Virus record (IMG/VR): IMGVR_UViG_2974574029_000001
Coordinates: 31,424 to 95,423 of that record
Length of the DNA: 64,000 nucleotides
Direction: 5' to 3' (one strand)
Origin: a virus
Taxonomy: Duplodnaviria > Heunggongvirae > Uroviricota > Caudoviricetes
This document shows positions 19,881 to 29,860 of the stretch, piece after piece (the first letter of the stretch is position 1; the number at the start of each line of letters is the position of its first letter). Both the position numbers and the translations under genes were made by a program. The notes under the pieces were generated by a model that saw only the letters and a program-made list of their open reading frames with translations, ran no database searches and had not been told where the DNA came from.

Positions 19881-20111
19881 TTATTTTTCATCGAATTGAG
19901 ACAGATAAGCATCTGCTTCGTCAACATCCTGATCTTCTTTGTCGTCTTGATCCGGTGCAACGATGTTAACTATTTTACCAGAAAACTCATCATAGTAAAC
20001 ATCATCGTACATCTTACTGTCATCGGTTAAATCATTAAAGTAGAGCCACCCAGCATAGTGATGTTTGTCATCGAAGCCTCGGTCTTTCCACTTGGTCTTT
20101 TCTTTACTCAT
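19881..20111 (-). CDS. small acidic protein
   Basis: 76 aa, Asp/Glu-rich. Confidence 0.3.
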   Translation of the reverse strand: MSKEKTKWKDRGFDDKHHYAGWLYFNDLTDDSKMYDDVYYDEFSGKIVNIVAPDQDDKEDQDVDEADAYLSQFDEK

Positions 20112-20587
20112 TCATCCTCCAGGCCAAAGATATTGCCCAGACGTGCTTCGGCTTCGCTGTCGAAAGTAATTTCAAATGCTTCTGGTCGGTCACCGCGCTT
20201 GGTGTACTTACGAGTATTAACCTTTTCAGTTACGGGGATGTCATAAGGTAGATCAAGAACGAATTCCATATCACGTCCTGAATAAACACCTACGTCAAGG
20301 ATCTCTACCCCATTATAGATATTTGCATACTTGTAATCCGGGCGCATATCTCCAACGAAAATCATTGTCTTACGATACGTTGAGGGCATATTTGCACATC
20401 GTACATTTTTATTTTGAAGCACTGTTACATGCTTCGGGTTCCCATCTTTATCGGTAACCTGAAAACCTAGTGCGTATAAGGCAGCGCGGAGGTCATTATC
20501 TTTCTGGACATCGAATCCTGGAACTGTTTTCAGAAAGTCAATGGTGACCGAAATATGTTGGGGTGGTTTGCGTTTCTCTTTACTCAT
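20108..20587 (-). CDS. hypothetical protein
   Basis: Start taken at MSKEKRKPPQ (GGAG RBS) rather than the track start at 20617. Confidence 0.35.
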   Translation of the reverse strand: MSKEKRKPPQHISVTIDFLKTVPGFDVQKDNDLRAALYALGFQVTDKDGNPKHVTVLQNKNVRCANMPSTYRKTMIFVGDMRPDYKYANIYNGVEILDVGVYSGRDMEFVLDLPYDIPVTEKVNTRKYTKRGDRPEAFEITFDSEAEARLGNIFGLEDE

Positions 20588-20642
20588 GTAATCTCCATTC
20601 TGCCTGACAAGGGGCAAAATCGCCCCTAATTAATATGCTTCT

Positions 20643-20671
20643 AAGATACGAATTAACGATATCTTTGTCAA
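20643..20671 (-). promoter_or_regulatory. sigma70-like promoter (minus strand)
   Basis: Minus strand: TTGACA - 17 nt - TATCTT upstream of the 20587 start. Confidence 0.3.
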
Positions 20672-21687
20672 CCTGAAATTGCATTGTCAGGCACTAACTG
20701 GCGATGTTGTCGCCACCCACGCAGGTTACCGGACCAGAGTTGCCCTTGACGATCTGCGTGTGTGATACCTTCTTCCCAAGAGCTTGGATCACGGGGAAAG
20801 TTAATATGCCCGATAGTTAAATAATCAGAGTTCTCAATTTCCCTGTATTCTGCCATAGGTGTAGCCTGATGTTCGAATGGAGAGGCATGAACCTTGTTAC
20901 CACTCACCAACTTCTCATAGATATCCAGAGCCTTTTCTTTGCTCGTATTCAGAACACGATAAGACACCTGAGCACAACAAGATGCGGAAATAGCCAAAGC
21001 CTCTTCTAGGGTCAGCATTACAGGCTTGTTCTCTTCGTCAAGAACGCAATAGCCTTCAAATACTGCACACTCTTTGTCATCGATATCTTCAAAGCCATAA
21101 ACGTGATCAACGTATGGTGTATGCCACTGTCCCGGTTCAAGAGGGTCTGGGATAGAATTATCGCTAGCCTCTTTCATTGCCTTAGCTAGTTCATAGATCG
21201 TCGGGTCAGCATCCTGGTCAACCCGCAGCCAGAAGAAATTATTCCAGTCTGTAGCGGTGACAACTGTCTTCATCCTTTGGTATGGTTCTAGGAGGCGGTT
21301 TGCAATCTGTTTGTGGTAACCAGCATTTGAGAAAGCCTCAGCAAAGATACAGGCAGATTGTCCAGCAGCTCGCCACGCCATTTCTGCGGTATTTACATAA
21401 GTGAGGCCATCCCATTCGTACATTACATAGGCCCCATGTTCACCAGCATCCTGCATCCCCGGCTGATTCTTTCCGAACTTAACTGGCATTGCGGGGTCAT
21501 TACGTACTTGGTCGATCATCTTATTGATCGGAATAGCACGACTGCTCATCGCATTCCGACTTAACAGTCGGTGAGTCATCAACTCACTGTGAATAATTCG
21601 TGGATATTCAAGCTCGAAAGTTGTGATCCGAGAACCAGAAGGTGAAATGCTGTCAGCTACAATTTTTACGGAAATCAAATTACTCAC
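20668..21687 (-). CDS. thyX: flavin-dependent thymidylate synthase (ThyX-like)
   Basis: THRLLSRNAMSSR fits the ThyX RHRx7SxR signature. Confidence 0.55.
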   Translation of the reverse strand: MSNLISVKIVADSISPSGSRITTFELEYPRIIHSELMTHRLLSRNAMSSRAIPINKMIDQVRNDPAMPVKFGKNQPGMQDAGEHGAYVMYEWDGLTYVNTAEMAWRAAGQSACIFAEAFSNAGYHKQIANRLLEPYQRMKTVVTATDWNNFFWLRVDQDADPTIYELAKAMKEASDNSIPDPLEPGQWHTPYVDHVYGFEDIDDKECAVFEGYCVLDEENKPVMLTLEEALAISASCCAQVSYRVLNTSKEKALDIYEKLVSGNKVHASPFEHQATPMAEYREIENSDYLTIGHINFPRDPSSWEEGITHADRQGQLWSGNLRGWRQHRQLVPDNAISG

Positions 21688-21997
21688 TCATTGCTCCTAA
21701 TTTCTCAATAATCTTGTCTTGGTTTTCAGCCATACGGGCGGCGACGGCAGTTTCAACTAACAGGTCAAGTTCAGCAAGACGGTCTTTGTATTTGATCTGG
21801 GGGGTAATAATCTCTTCCAGCTCGCGGAGAGAGAATAAGTTCAGATAGACGTCATCAAAAAGACCTTTATTAAAATCCGCATCAATACCCATGATATCCG
21901 CAGTTAGTCCTGTACCTGGGAACATACCTTCAATAACACGATTCACACGAGCCGTTGCTTGTGTACGGATGTGTTCCGCCATTTCATCCTTTGTCAT
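21680..21997 (-). CDS. hypothetical protein
   Basis: 105-aa ORF. Confidence 0.3.
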   Translation of the reverse strand: MTKDEMAEHIRTQATARVNRVIEGMFPGTGLTADIMGIDADFNKGLFDDVYLNLFSLRELEEIITPQIKYKDRLAELDLLVETAVAARMAENQDKIIEKLGAMSE

Positions 21998-22194
21998 TTT
22001 CCAACCCTCTTAATTTTGTAGTTAACATTTGGATCAAGGTCTGCCTTGAACACCAAGTAGCGGTTAAGCACATTCTTGCACATGTCGCTTGTCGCTTTGA
22101 ATGAGTACACGAAATTATCCTTCTCATCGAATACTTCGTACCACTTACCCTGACGGGCGATGAAATCACCGCCATCGCATCTATTCCTTTTCAT
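21994..22194 (-). CDS. hypothetical protein
   Basis: 66-aa ORF. Confidence 0.25.
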   Translation of the reverse strand: MKRNRCDGGDFIARQGKWYEVFDEKDNFVYSFKATSDMCKNVLNRYLVFKADLDPNVNYKIKRVGK

Positions 22195-22808
22195 CAGGAG
22201 AGGTCCAGAATAAAGTCCTGAATATGACTCCAGTCGGATGTCTCAAGGTCAATCGAGACTTTCAACTCCTCAGATTGGTCATACGGAGTCCAGAACTTAA
22301 TCTTAAGTACGTCATCTCCGAACTGATTCAGGAATTCATTGCGATCATCAATAATGACGTCAAGCTTAAGACCGGCTTTGTTCTTCGTCGCATAAAAACC
22401 ATGACCAGAACCCGGCTCAAGGCTGAAGAACTCTTCTGTCTCACGTTTCAAGAAGCGTACCTTAGACGAGAAGTGTCCCTTTTTGCAGTATGATACAAAT
22501 TGGTTGAAGTGACCAGCTTCAGCAAATGCGGCCACTGCTTCAACAGCGCTAGGGCGTGGTTTCAGCCTATCGTACAAATAAGGGTCTTCCCAGAACTCAT
22601 ACGGAGGTAATTGATTCACCTTCGCGGGTGGAAAATATTTAGAAAGATTATAGTAAGTCTTCCCCTGTGGGTTCGGGGGTGGCAAACTACAGTCCGCCTT
22701 AACGCCATACATCAGTTCCAACCAATGAAGCCAAGGAGTACCAGAATCTACAAAAGTTAGATCGACATCAATACCTATATTCATCGGTTTACGCATCATC
22801 TTCTCCAT
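22194..22808 (-). CDS. HAD-like 5-prime deoxyribonucleotidase (putative)
   Basis: NIGIDVDLTFVD resembles a HAD DxD nucleophile motif. Start uncertain; an internal Met was chosen to avoid overlap with the dNMP kinase gene. Confidence 0.3.
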   Translation of the reverse strand: MEKMMRKPMNIGIDVDLTFVDSGTPWLHWLELMYGVKADCSLPPPNPQGKTYYNLSKYFPPAKVNQLPPYEFWEDPYLYDRLKPRPSAVEAVAAFAEAGHFNQFVSYCKKGHFSSKVRFLKRETEEFFSLEPGSGHGFYATKNKAGLKLDVIIDDRNEFLNQFGDDVLKIKFWTPYDQSEELKVSIDLETSDWSHIQDFILDLS

Positions 22809-23394
22809 AGCTAATTGATCTAGCCCACTCAAGAATCTCTTCTGCACAGTCGATCATACCACCTTCTTTGTTATCGAAGTCACGTTCATGACCCCGGATA
22901 CCATCAAGGTATAACCAGTTACGACTGTCATTCCCCCAATCATAACCTTTTCGGTGGATACGTGCAAGGAAGAATTCACCACCAGTCGAGTATGCATAAT
23001 CGGACAACTCTTTGATTTCCTCAGCAAAGCCACCATCTGAGAATACAATCACCTCGTCATTTGCATAGGTCTGCTTCAACTTTTCCACAGCAGCTTTACC
23101 GAATGCTGACTTTCCGAACAATGGCTTGATTACCTTTTCTGAGCAATGGATCATCCACTGACGTGGCGACACATTCACACCATCAATCATCAGGTATAGG
23201 CTTGGAATCTCTTTATACCGACGGGTATACATTGCATCCCACAACTCACGGGAAATTCCCGCTGAACGAGTAGCAACCTCAAAAAGGAGTTCCTTTACCT
23301 CTTCGTGGTTGATGTTTGGGTTACCTTTACAAAGGTACGCAGAAATCTCATCTTTACCGCTCTGTGGGGGAGCATTCAGAACAATAATATCCAT
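22789..23394 (-). CDS. deoxynucleoside monophosphate kinase
   Basis: MDIIVLNAPPQSGKDE P-loop resembles T4 gp1 (MKLIFLSGVKRSGKDT). Confidence 0.5.
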   Translation of the reverse strand: MDIIVLNAPPQSGKDEISAYLCKGNPNINHEEVKELLFEVATRSAGISRELWDAMYTRRYKEIPSLYLMIDGVNVSPRQWMIHCSEKVIKPLFGKSAFGKAAVEKLKQTYANDEVIVFSDGGFAEEIKELSDYAYSTGGEFFLARIHRKGYDWGNDSRNWLYLDGIRGHERDFDNKEGGMIDCAEEILEWARSISYGEDDA

Positions 23395-23579
23395 TAGTAC
23401 CCCGTATACTGTTGAAGTGCATCAATGATGTCAAGACAAGCCCCTAACTTATTAAAGCTTTCTTCGTTATCCTCAATCTCTACAACAGCCTCGATCCTTA
23501 CACGTAAGGATTCGATCTGCTCTCGCAGCCAATCATCATCTGCGGCATCAGGAACTTTAACAACAATTTCTCTTCCCAT
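23394..23579 (-). CDS. small hypothetical protein
   Basis: 61 aa. Confidence 0.25.
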   Translation of the reverse strand: MGREIVVKVPDAADDDWLREQIESLRVRIEAVVEIEDNEESFNKLGACLDIIDALQQYTGY

Positions 23580-23608
23580 AGAACCTCCTTAGCAAAGGGC
23601 CGAAGCCC

Positions 23609-24463
23609 TTAAGTATTAAAGTTGTGAACAAGGATCTCTGTAGCTTTTGCCCCGAAGGTGTCTTTCGAGGATGCTGTGTACTTCACGTTGAACTCCTCGA
23701 AGCTAAACCCTGCAAAGATTTCTCTAAACATCTTATCATCCTTGTTGCAGAAAGCAATCTTATTCTTCTTGCTGTGTGCGATCAGGAACTCGGCCATTTC
23801 AAATTGCATAAGGTCGCTGAAGTTCTCACGTTTGTCGTACTGTGTATGGCTGGAGATGTACGGAGGGTCAGCAAAGACCAGTGAGTTGTCAGGAATAACA
23901 ACCTGCTCGTAGCTCCCGCAGAGAATCTCTGCCTTATCTACCATTGCCTTGAAATCTTCCATGCCTTTACGGTTATAAATTCCGGTCTTCTCGCCACCAT
24001 TGCCGAATGGCGTGTAATACAGACCGGAGCTGGACTTAGCTTGCCAGATGCCGTTGAAGTTTGTACACAATAGGAAGTATAGCATCGCAGAGCGATCGAG
24101 GACATCTATTTCGTAATACTCCTCGTGGAATTCTTCACGAACCTTGAGGTACATCGCTTTCCGGTTCTCTTTACCTTCGAGAGCCATGTAGGTTCGCTCA
24201 TAATAATCTACAAGGTCGATGAAAGAGGCATAGTCATGCTTGATGCCTGTGTAGATTCCAAAGATGTCTACGTTAATTTCATTCAGGATAATTCTTGCAT
24301 CGGGGTAGTTCTGGTGAATCCACACAGAAGTAGCTCCTGTTCCCCCGCATAAATCCACAAAGGTGTCGAACTGCAATCCCTTGAAGAAAGGCTCATACTT
24401 TGGAAACATCTTTCGCTTGCTTCCGGTCCATTTGAAAAGCGGATAAATACTTGTAATCAACAA
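23609..24463 (-). CDS. Dam-family DNA adenine methyltransferase
   Basis: FKWTGSKRKM (KWAGGK-like motif) and FADPPYISS (DPPY). Confidence 0.7.
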   Translation of the reverse strand: MLITSIYPLFKWTGSKRKMFPKYEPFFKGLQFDTFVDLCGGTGATSVWIHQNYPDARIILNEINVDIFGIYTGIKHDYASFIDLVDYYERTYMALEGKENRKAMYLKVREEFHEEYYEIDVLDRSAMLYFLLCTNFNGIWQAKSSSGLYYTPFGNGGEKTGIYNRKGMEDFKAMVDKAEILCGSYEQVVIPDNSLVFADPPYISSHTQYDKRENFSDLMQFEMAEFLIAHSKKNKIAFCNKDDKMFREIFAGFSFEEFNVKYTASSKDTFGAKATEILVHNFNT

Positions 24464-24504
24464 GCCCCCTAAGAAAGAGAAGAGGGGCTTACGCCCCTAT
24501 TTTT

Positions 24505-24738
24505 TTAGAATGTCATTTCACTGTTGAACAGGTCTCTCATCTTATCTGCCCCCGCTTGGCTATTGGAGACAGGTTTGCGATTAATCGGGACAAAGAGATT
24601 GCCACCAATTACCCGCATACCGTAATGATAAAGAAGCCCAGCCACAATGAAGATACGGTCTGCCGATGCTTTCGGGTTAAGGAATGAATAAGATCCTTGT
24701 TGCATTAGCAAGTTGTTCAGGTACGTTGTCACACACAT
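24505..24738 (-). CDS. hypothetical protein
   Basis: 77-aa ORF. Confidence 0.25.
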   Translation of the reverse strand: MCVTTYLNNLLMQQGSYSFLNPKASADRIFIVAGLLYHYGMRVIGGNLFVPINRKPVSNSQAGADKMRDLFNSEMTF

Positions 24739-25529
24739 CTCCCTGCGGAGTTAAGAGGTTTTGAGAACTGACCTGTAAGGATCTCATCAAAAAACCAGTC
24801 GATTCGGATGTAACTACTCTTACCACCCTTGGCACGAAGGGCGCGGTACGCTGCAAGGAATGGTGCGCTCTTAGACATAAAAGTTTTCGTTGTGCGTGGT
24901 TCAAAAGCATCGTAAAAAGCATTGATGTGCTCAACACCGAACGCCATTACCTTCTTAGAACGGAGTTCAACCTCAGTTTTACACGATTTCTTATCAACAG
25001 ACTTCACCATGCGGTTAAGTAGGGTTGAAAGACGCATAATACGACCTTCATCCACACCGCTCAAGTGAGCAGCAGACTGCATCGCATGACTGGATTTTTT
25101 AATTTGCCCGTTGCTGTCGAAAGTTTCGTACCACATTTCGATATCCAGTGGTGTCTTCATATCTTTTACACATACAACCAATGGATTCTTTCTTAGGTCG
25201 TTCACCATAGGGTGTCCCGACTCTACGGCACGTTGCCAGTAGCATTTACGGGTGTTTCCATCAACAACCAGAGCATCGCCAGGTTTGATTACCTCACCAC
25301 CTTCGTACTCAAAAGATTCTCCAGTATAAATGCCCACCGAAACAACACGGTGCTGAGGAAGAACATTCTCGAAATGATCAACCTGACCCTTATTAACACG
25401 ATCATCGTGGTTTCGCTGCACAACAGGCGTTTTGGTCAGGGTTAAGAAGTTATCAACGCTACATAAAGCCATGAACCCATCTGACGTGGCTGTGCCGGTT
25501 ATTGGTGTCAGGGTATCTTGAAATTTCAT
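24729..25529 (-). CDS. hypothetical protein
   Basis: 266-aa ORF. Confidence 0.35.
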   Translation of the reverse strand: MKFQDTLTPITGTATSDGFMALCSVDNFLTLTKTPVVQRNHDDRVNKGQVDHFENVLPQHRVVSVGIYTGESFEYEGGEVIKPGDALVVDGNTRKCYWQRAVESGHPMVNDLRKNPLVVCVKDMKTPLDIEMWYETFDSNGQIKKSSHAMQSAAHLSGVDEGRIMRLSTLLNRMVKSVDKKSCKTEVELRSKKVMAFGVEHINAFYDAFEPRTTKTFMSKSAPFLAAYRALRAKGGKSSYIRIDWFFDEILTGQFSKPLNSAGRCV

Positions 25530-25566
25530 AATTTCTCCTTTATATTGCTAACCGAGGTTTTGAGGA

Positions 25567-26028
25567 TTAGATTTCTGTTTTAGCTTTGAATACGGATTCT
25601 TTAACTCCGTGGCCCTCGTAAATTTTACCACGGAAATGGATTTTAAGTTTTCCGTTGCTGTCTTTCTTCAGTTTACCATCTTTCTTGATTTCCACAAGGG
25701 TTTTGTACAGTGCCTTGGTGTGGAAGATCGGTTCACGATGCAGGAAAAGGTCGCCCTTACCATTGTGCCGCTTGAAAAGCAGCGGAAATGTTTTCGGGTT
25801 CAGAGATCGGATTATATCCACCACAGATTCGGCAGAATACCCCATGTCTCTGAAGCGACCATTGCCCATGATAGAACCAAGAGTATGATAACCCACAGTA
25901 GAGGATTTCACATCATGGTTACGGTCATAGACCGATGAGAGGTCTTTAAGCATAAGCAGAAGACTTGCATCAGTTGCCGGGATGTTCTCAGTTGCTGAAA
26001 TGCAAAAGCCTGCGTATTTTACTGTCAT
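25567..26028 (-). CDS. hypothetical protein
   Basis: 153-aa ORF. Confidence 0.3.
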   Translation of the reverse strand: MTVKYAGFCISATENIPATDASLLLMLKDLSSVYDRNHDVKSSTVGYHTLGSIMGNGRFRDMGYSAESVVDIIRSLNPKTFPLLFKRHNGKGDLFLHREPIFHTKALYKTLVEIKKDGKLKKDSNGKLKIHFRGKIYEGHGVKESVFKAKTEI

Positions 26029-26130
26029 ACAGTCTCTCCCTTGGTAGTTTGTATTGTCTCGTGCAGTTTGCTCTCTGGCACACGAGACATTCTACTGTTT
26101 AATAAAGTCTTGTCAACACGTTTTTATTGC

Positions 26131-27072
26131 TTAAGACAAGATATTTGCCAGAAGCTGTTGCCGTTTATCCTTGGAGAGGATATTAACACGCCCACGGCGC
26201 TGTTGCCCGGTGACCTTATGGCGGTAGCGTTGGTATTTGCCAAGATTGGTGTAATGGAAACCATCCTCTACCCACTCGCTCATATCCAGAACATCATCAA
26301 CGTAAAGGTCGAAGTTAGGAAGACGAGGGTCCCACGGCATGAAGATTTCATACAACTCTTGGTTCGATAAAACGTCGAACTTGTTATACTCTTCCATTTC
26401 ATCCCAAGCCTCGGGGTTACCTTTCAAGCACTCATCCCACAGTAGGTGTCCTGGGAACTTGGTGTGCTTAGACTTCTTGTATTTCGTACACAGGCGATCG
26501 GTCAGATATTCCAGCTTGTTGGAGGTGAATCCAAACAGGGCTTTGGCGATAAGCATGGTATCGATAATACGGAAGGTTGATGGCTTATCCATTCCATTCA
26601 ATAGGAAACGAGCATTGACCTTCTTAATGTCGAACTTACGGACATTATGCCCAACAACAAAATCCGCTTCATCAAGCAAGTCCCACAGGTCTTGAAGGAT
26701 AGATGCATCACTTTCCTTATCGTAGTTATCACGGATATCGCGATAAATGACCTCGTCCTGGTCAGCCCATTTGGCTACGAAAGATAGCATGTACCAGTCA
26801 GAAACCATCTGGTTAAGCCCAATTCCATTCTGCCATAGACTCCAGAGATGCCCCTTCAGCGGTGCAGTCTCGATATCTAAGAACAGGATCTTAGCTTTCT
26901 TATAGTCCGATACTAAGGCCTTTGTTAAAGGCGTAGACTCTGCGCTATGACGCTTAAGAACCAAACGGATGTATGACTCTCTCGACTCTTTTCCAAGGAA
27001 TGTGCGAGCAATTTCACGGTTACTCATTCCGCTTTCATGAAGTTCTATAATCTTTTTATCTACAGGTAGCAT
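26131..27072 (-). CDS. DEDD/RNase H-fold exonuclease-like protein with N-terminal HTH
   Basis: ILFLDIETAP (Exo I DxE-like motif); the N-terminus HESGMSNREIARTF resembles an HTH. Confidence 0.4.
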   Translation of the reverse strand: MLPVDKKIIELHESGMSNREIARTFLGKESRESYIRLVLKRHSAESTPLTKALVSDYKKAKILFLDIETAPLKGHLWSLWQNGIGLNQMVSDWYMLSFVAKWADQDEVIYRDIRDNYDKESDASILQDLWDLLDEADFVVGHNVRKFDIKKVNARFLLNGMDKPSTFRIIDTMLIAKALFGFTSNKLEYLTDRLCTKYKKSKHTKFPGHLLWDECLKGNPEAWDEMEEYNKFDVLSNQELYEIFMPWDPRLPNFDLYVDDVLDMSEWVEDGFHYTNLGKYQRYRHKVTGQQRRGRVNILSKDKRQQLLANILS

Positions 27073-27275
27073 TACACCTCTCGGACGAATTCAATGATAT
27101 CATTCACAGCGAAATCTCTAAAGTCTTGTTTATCGAGATCATAACCTCTAATAAACCATTGAGAGTTCTTGTGATACTGGGTAGACCCATACCACATAAC
27201 GGGTTCTTCTACAGTACGATATCCGCACTTACCTCGCCAATTTCTGTAAAAGAATTTAAGTGGTTTCTTTGGCAT
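27072..27275 (-). CDS. hypothetical protein
   Basis: 67-aa ORF. Confidence 0.25.
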   Translation of the reverse strand: MPKKPLKFFYRNWRGKCGYRTVEEPVMWYGSTQYHKNSQWFIRGYDLDKQDFRDFAVNDIIEFVREV

Positions 27276-27750
27276 GTTTTTCCTCCGTCTGCTTGACGAA
27301 CTCTGTAAGGTATAGCAAGAGGCTGTCTTGTTTCTGAGTACCTTCGGGGATAATTATGCCAAGGTCCGCCTTAGCTCTTTCAATTATCTTCTCGTTGGTG
27401 CATCTTCTCAAAAACTTCAACATATCGTTCTTAAACCCGCCGTGAAGCGGATAGCCACTGAAGTCTTGCTCTAAGTAATCTGCCAAATTTCTAAGAGCGG
27501 TGGATAACGACGTCTGAGTATTCTCTGAAACGTACTTCATCCAAGCCTTCAGGACATATCCCTCAAAAGTATTCACGCACTGACTAAGGACACCTCTGCA
27601 TTTACCTTCGAAATGGTCATGATCCAAGCACGGCTTGCGAAGTGGCTCGCCGAGTATAGGATCTAACCCTTGCTGCTCCAGAATCAATTTGTTTCTGAAA
27701 GCAGCAATCTGCTTTGCATCTTTCACCCAAAGTTCCGGTGTTAATGGCAC
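27256..27750 (-). CDS. hypothetical protein
   Basis: 164-aa ORF. Confidence 0.3.
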   Translation of the reverse strand: MPLTPELWVKDAKQIAAFRNKLILEQQGLDPILGEPLRKPCLDHDHFEGKCRGVLSQCVNTFEGYVLKAWMKYVSENTQTSLSTALRNLADYLEQDFSGYPLHGGFKNDMLKFLRRCTNEKIIERAKADLGIIIPEGTQKQDSLLLYLTEFVKQTEEKHAKETT

Positions 27751-27794
27751 AACTACTGGCTTCTTCCTTGCTTTTGGTTTGGATGCTCGACTCT

Positions 27795-28417
27795 TTATTC
27801 TTTTCCTACGGATATATCCTCCAAGAACTTCTTCCCTATCAAATATGCATCTGCGTAGTCAGCCTTTCCGGCGGCAAGAGTCATTCCATCAAGCCAGCCA
27901 GGCATATCACAATCGACAGCCCTGATCATGTGTGACTTTTCCATCTTAACCTGACCTGTGGAGTATACCTTTTTCCCGGTCTTTTTGTCAACCTTTTCTT
28001 TAACAACTGTGCGCTCTGCTTCAGGCAAAAGTCCTCTGGCATAAGCTTCACAGAAGTAGGGGCGACAGTGTGGATATCTTCCCAATCCAGCCAATTTCTT
28101 CCAGAATTAACAAGGGCCAAAGCAATGCAATAAAATAGCCCAGCAAGATCCCGAGTAGCGCTACCAAGAGACCCAAGGCTTAATGCTTCCATTACGTAAG
28201 CACCAATGACACCCTGATCCTCACAAATATTGCATATTCTTTCGCAAATGTAATCAATCTGCTCATAGACAGTATTGAAATACATAACATCCTTGTTTTT
28301 CTTACCCTTGCTATTGTTGGAGCCTGTTCTGATCATTTCCCGGTAAACAGGCACTCCATCATCGAATATGACAACAGCACAATGGCTAAGACTCTGATCA
28401 ACCGACATCAGCTTCAT
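27795..28417 (-). CDS. RuvC-like Holliday junction resolvase, apparently frameshifted (two overlapping ORFs)
   Basis: ORF 27926..28417 starts MKLMSVDQSLSHCAVVIFDDG (RuvC-like N-terminal acidic motif). The overlapping ORF 27795..28094 carries KADYADAYLIGKKFL (RuvC C-terminal DaaDALA-like motif). Two frames overlap by about 170 nt. Confidence 0.4.
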
Positions 28418-28718
28418 CGGTTACCTCCGAGTCATTTTGGTCCTTGAAGACAACAAGCGAGAATTCTTGAGTGTCTAGCAAAACGCTTGTTAACATCAAC
28501 AGCTTCTCACCTTCTACCAGCTCGCAATCATCCAGAAGCAATACGGTGAATGCAACATTCGGATCAGCATAGTCATCAGTGAAAATCACATAGCAATCAT
28601 CACCAGACTCAACCATGCGCCACAATCCTGTGGCGACTAAGAATTTACCCTTGACGCTGGGAACAGCCAGCGCCTCAGCATCCCTCATAACTGCCTGCAT
28701 GATTAAGTTATCAATCAT
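28398..28718 (-). CDS. hypothetical acidic protein
   Basis: 106-aa ORF. Confidence 0.3.
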   Translation of the reverse strand: MIDNLIMQAVMRDAEALAVPSVKGKFLVATGLWRMVESGDDCYVIFTDDYADPNVAFTVLLLDDCELVEGEKLLMLTSVLLDTQEFSLVVFKDQNDSEVTDEADVG

Positions 28719-29860
28719 ATAACCCCCACACGGCGTAACTCGCTTGAAAGGGTTGTCTTATCATTTGCAGAACGTTTCATGTAGACCATCTGGAAGATGA
28801 TAGATGCCCACTGGCCTGCACTCATTTTCCGTTGTGTGCCGTCCCACGAAGTAAACTCAACACCGTTCGGGAACCAGGTTTTATACTGGTTAATGATCGC
28901 TTGCCACATGGATTTCTCATCCTGAAGGTGTCCGATCAGATTGAATGCCGCCGTATCACCGAAACGTCCAGCGATATCGAAACACTGGTAAGGCTTGATG
29001 TTATCTGAGCTGTCACCGCAAAGCATCTGGTAACCGAAGAACTTACGTCCCCATCCCTTGACCTTGTTACCTTCCATCCAGATTTCTCCCATCGAATCAT
29101 CGATCAACATAGGAATCGGGTGCTTCCATGTCTTCTCTTCTGAATCGCGCATGGTGTCGAAGATAAGCCCGGGGTTTCCTTTCTGGTCTTTATCAAACGA
29201 TGCCACGATGTAGTTGAACTTCCCGGTCTTCTGGTAATTCTCCCACCCCATATAGGCAAGAACAGACAGATAGTCATCTGCCTCAACACCATTAATCACC
29301 TTAGCGTTATACTTCCGGGTAACATAATCCCTTGTTTCCTGAAGAAGGAGTGGGCGTAATGTATCCTCACGGTTACCCTTATAACGTTCTGGAGCTGGGA
29401 GCATAAGACGGAAGTTACCCTCACCGCCGAGGACACCCATCCCCGTATTACTTTCCATCTCAAGGTGTTCAAAGATAGCATTAATCTTTGTCTTTAGGAT
29501 ATGAAGGCAGTTTTCTACAGGCTCAGGGGTTTGAATGTCCTCGATGAGGAAATCATCACGACCCCAAGGAGTAAACTCCCTGCCTTCAGCTTTTGCCTTC
29601 ACCTCCATATTGGCGTTCTGGTCTTTCAACCAACCACCCACCACCCTTTTGGTGGAACCCCAGAATTCTGTTCTGTTGCGGAAGATTTTAGTCCTGCCTG
29701 TTTTGATATGTGTTGCTTTTATCGTCCTCTTTTCGGCACCCGCCGCTGAAACAAAGCAGGTCTGATCCAAGTCCAAAGCCAAAACACAATCAGGTGTAAC
29801 TAAGGATTTCCAATCCTTGCAATACGGATAAGCCAACATTCCTCCTACTATAAACCACAA
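28715..29860 (-). CDS. hypothetical protein
   Basis: 381-aa ORF. Confidence 0.35.
   Translation of the reverse strand: MWFIVGGMLAYPYCKDWKSLVTPDCVLALDLDQTCFVSAAGAEKRTIKATHIKTGRTKIFRNRTEFWGSTKRVVGGWLKDQNANMEVKAKAEGREFTPWGRDDFLIEDIQTPEPVENCLHILKTKINAIFEHLEMESNTGMGVLGGEGNFRLMLPAPERYKGNREDTLRPLLLQETRDYVTRKYNAKVINGVEADDYLSVLAYMGWENYQKTGKFNYIVASFDKDQKGNPGLIFDTMRDSEEKTWKHPIPMLIDDSMGEIWMEGNKVKGWGRKFFGYQMLCGDSSDNIKPYQCFDIAGRFGDTAAFNLIGHLQDEKSMWQAIINQYKTWFPNGVEFTSWDGTQRKMSAGQWASIIFQMVYMKRSANDKTTLSSELRRVGVI

Noticed and set aside
20108-20617. Dihydrofolate reductase call for the ORF next to thyX
   Set aside because: It sits in the position where T-even and T5-like phages often carry frd, but the sequence lacks the DHFR N-terminal LPW/GRKT motifs. 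It is kept as hypothetical.
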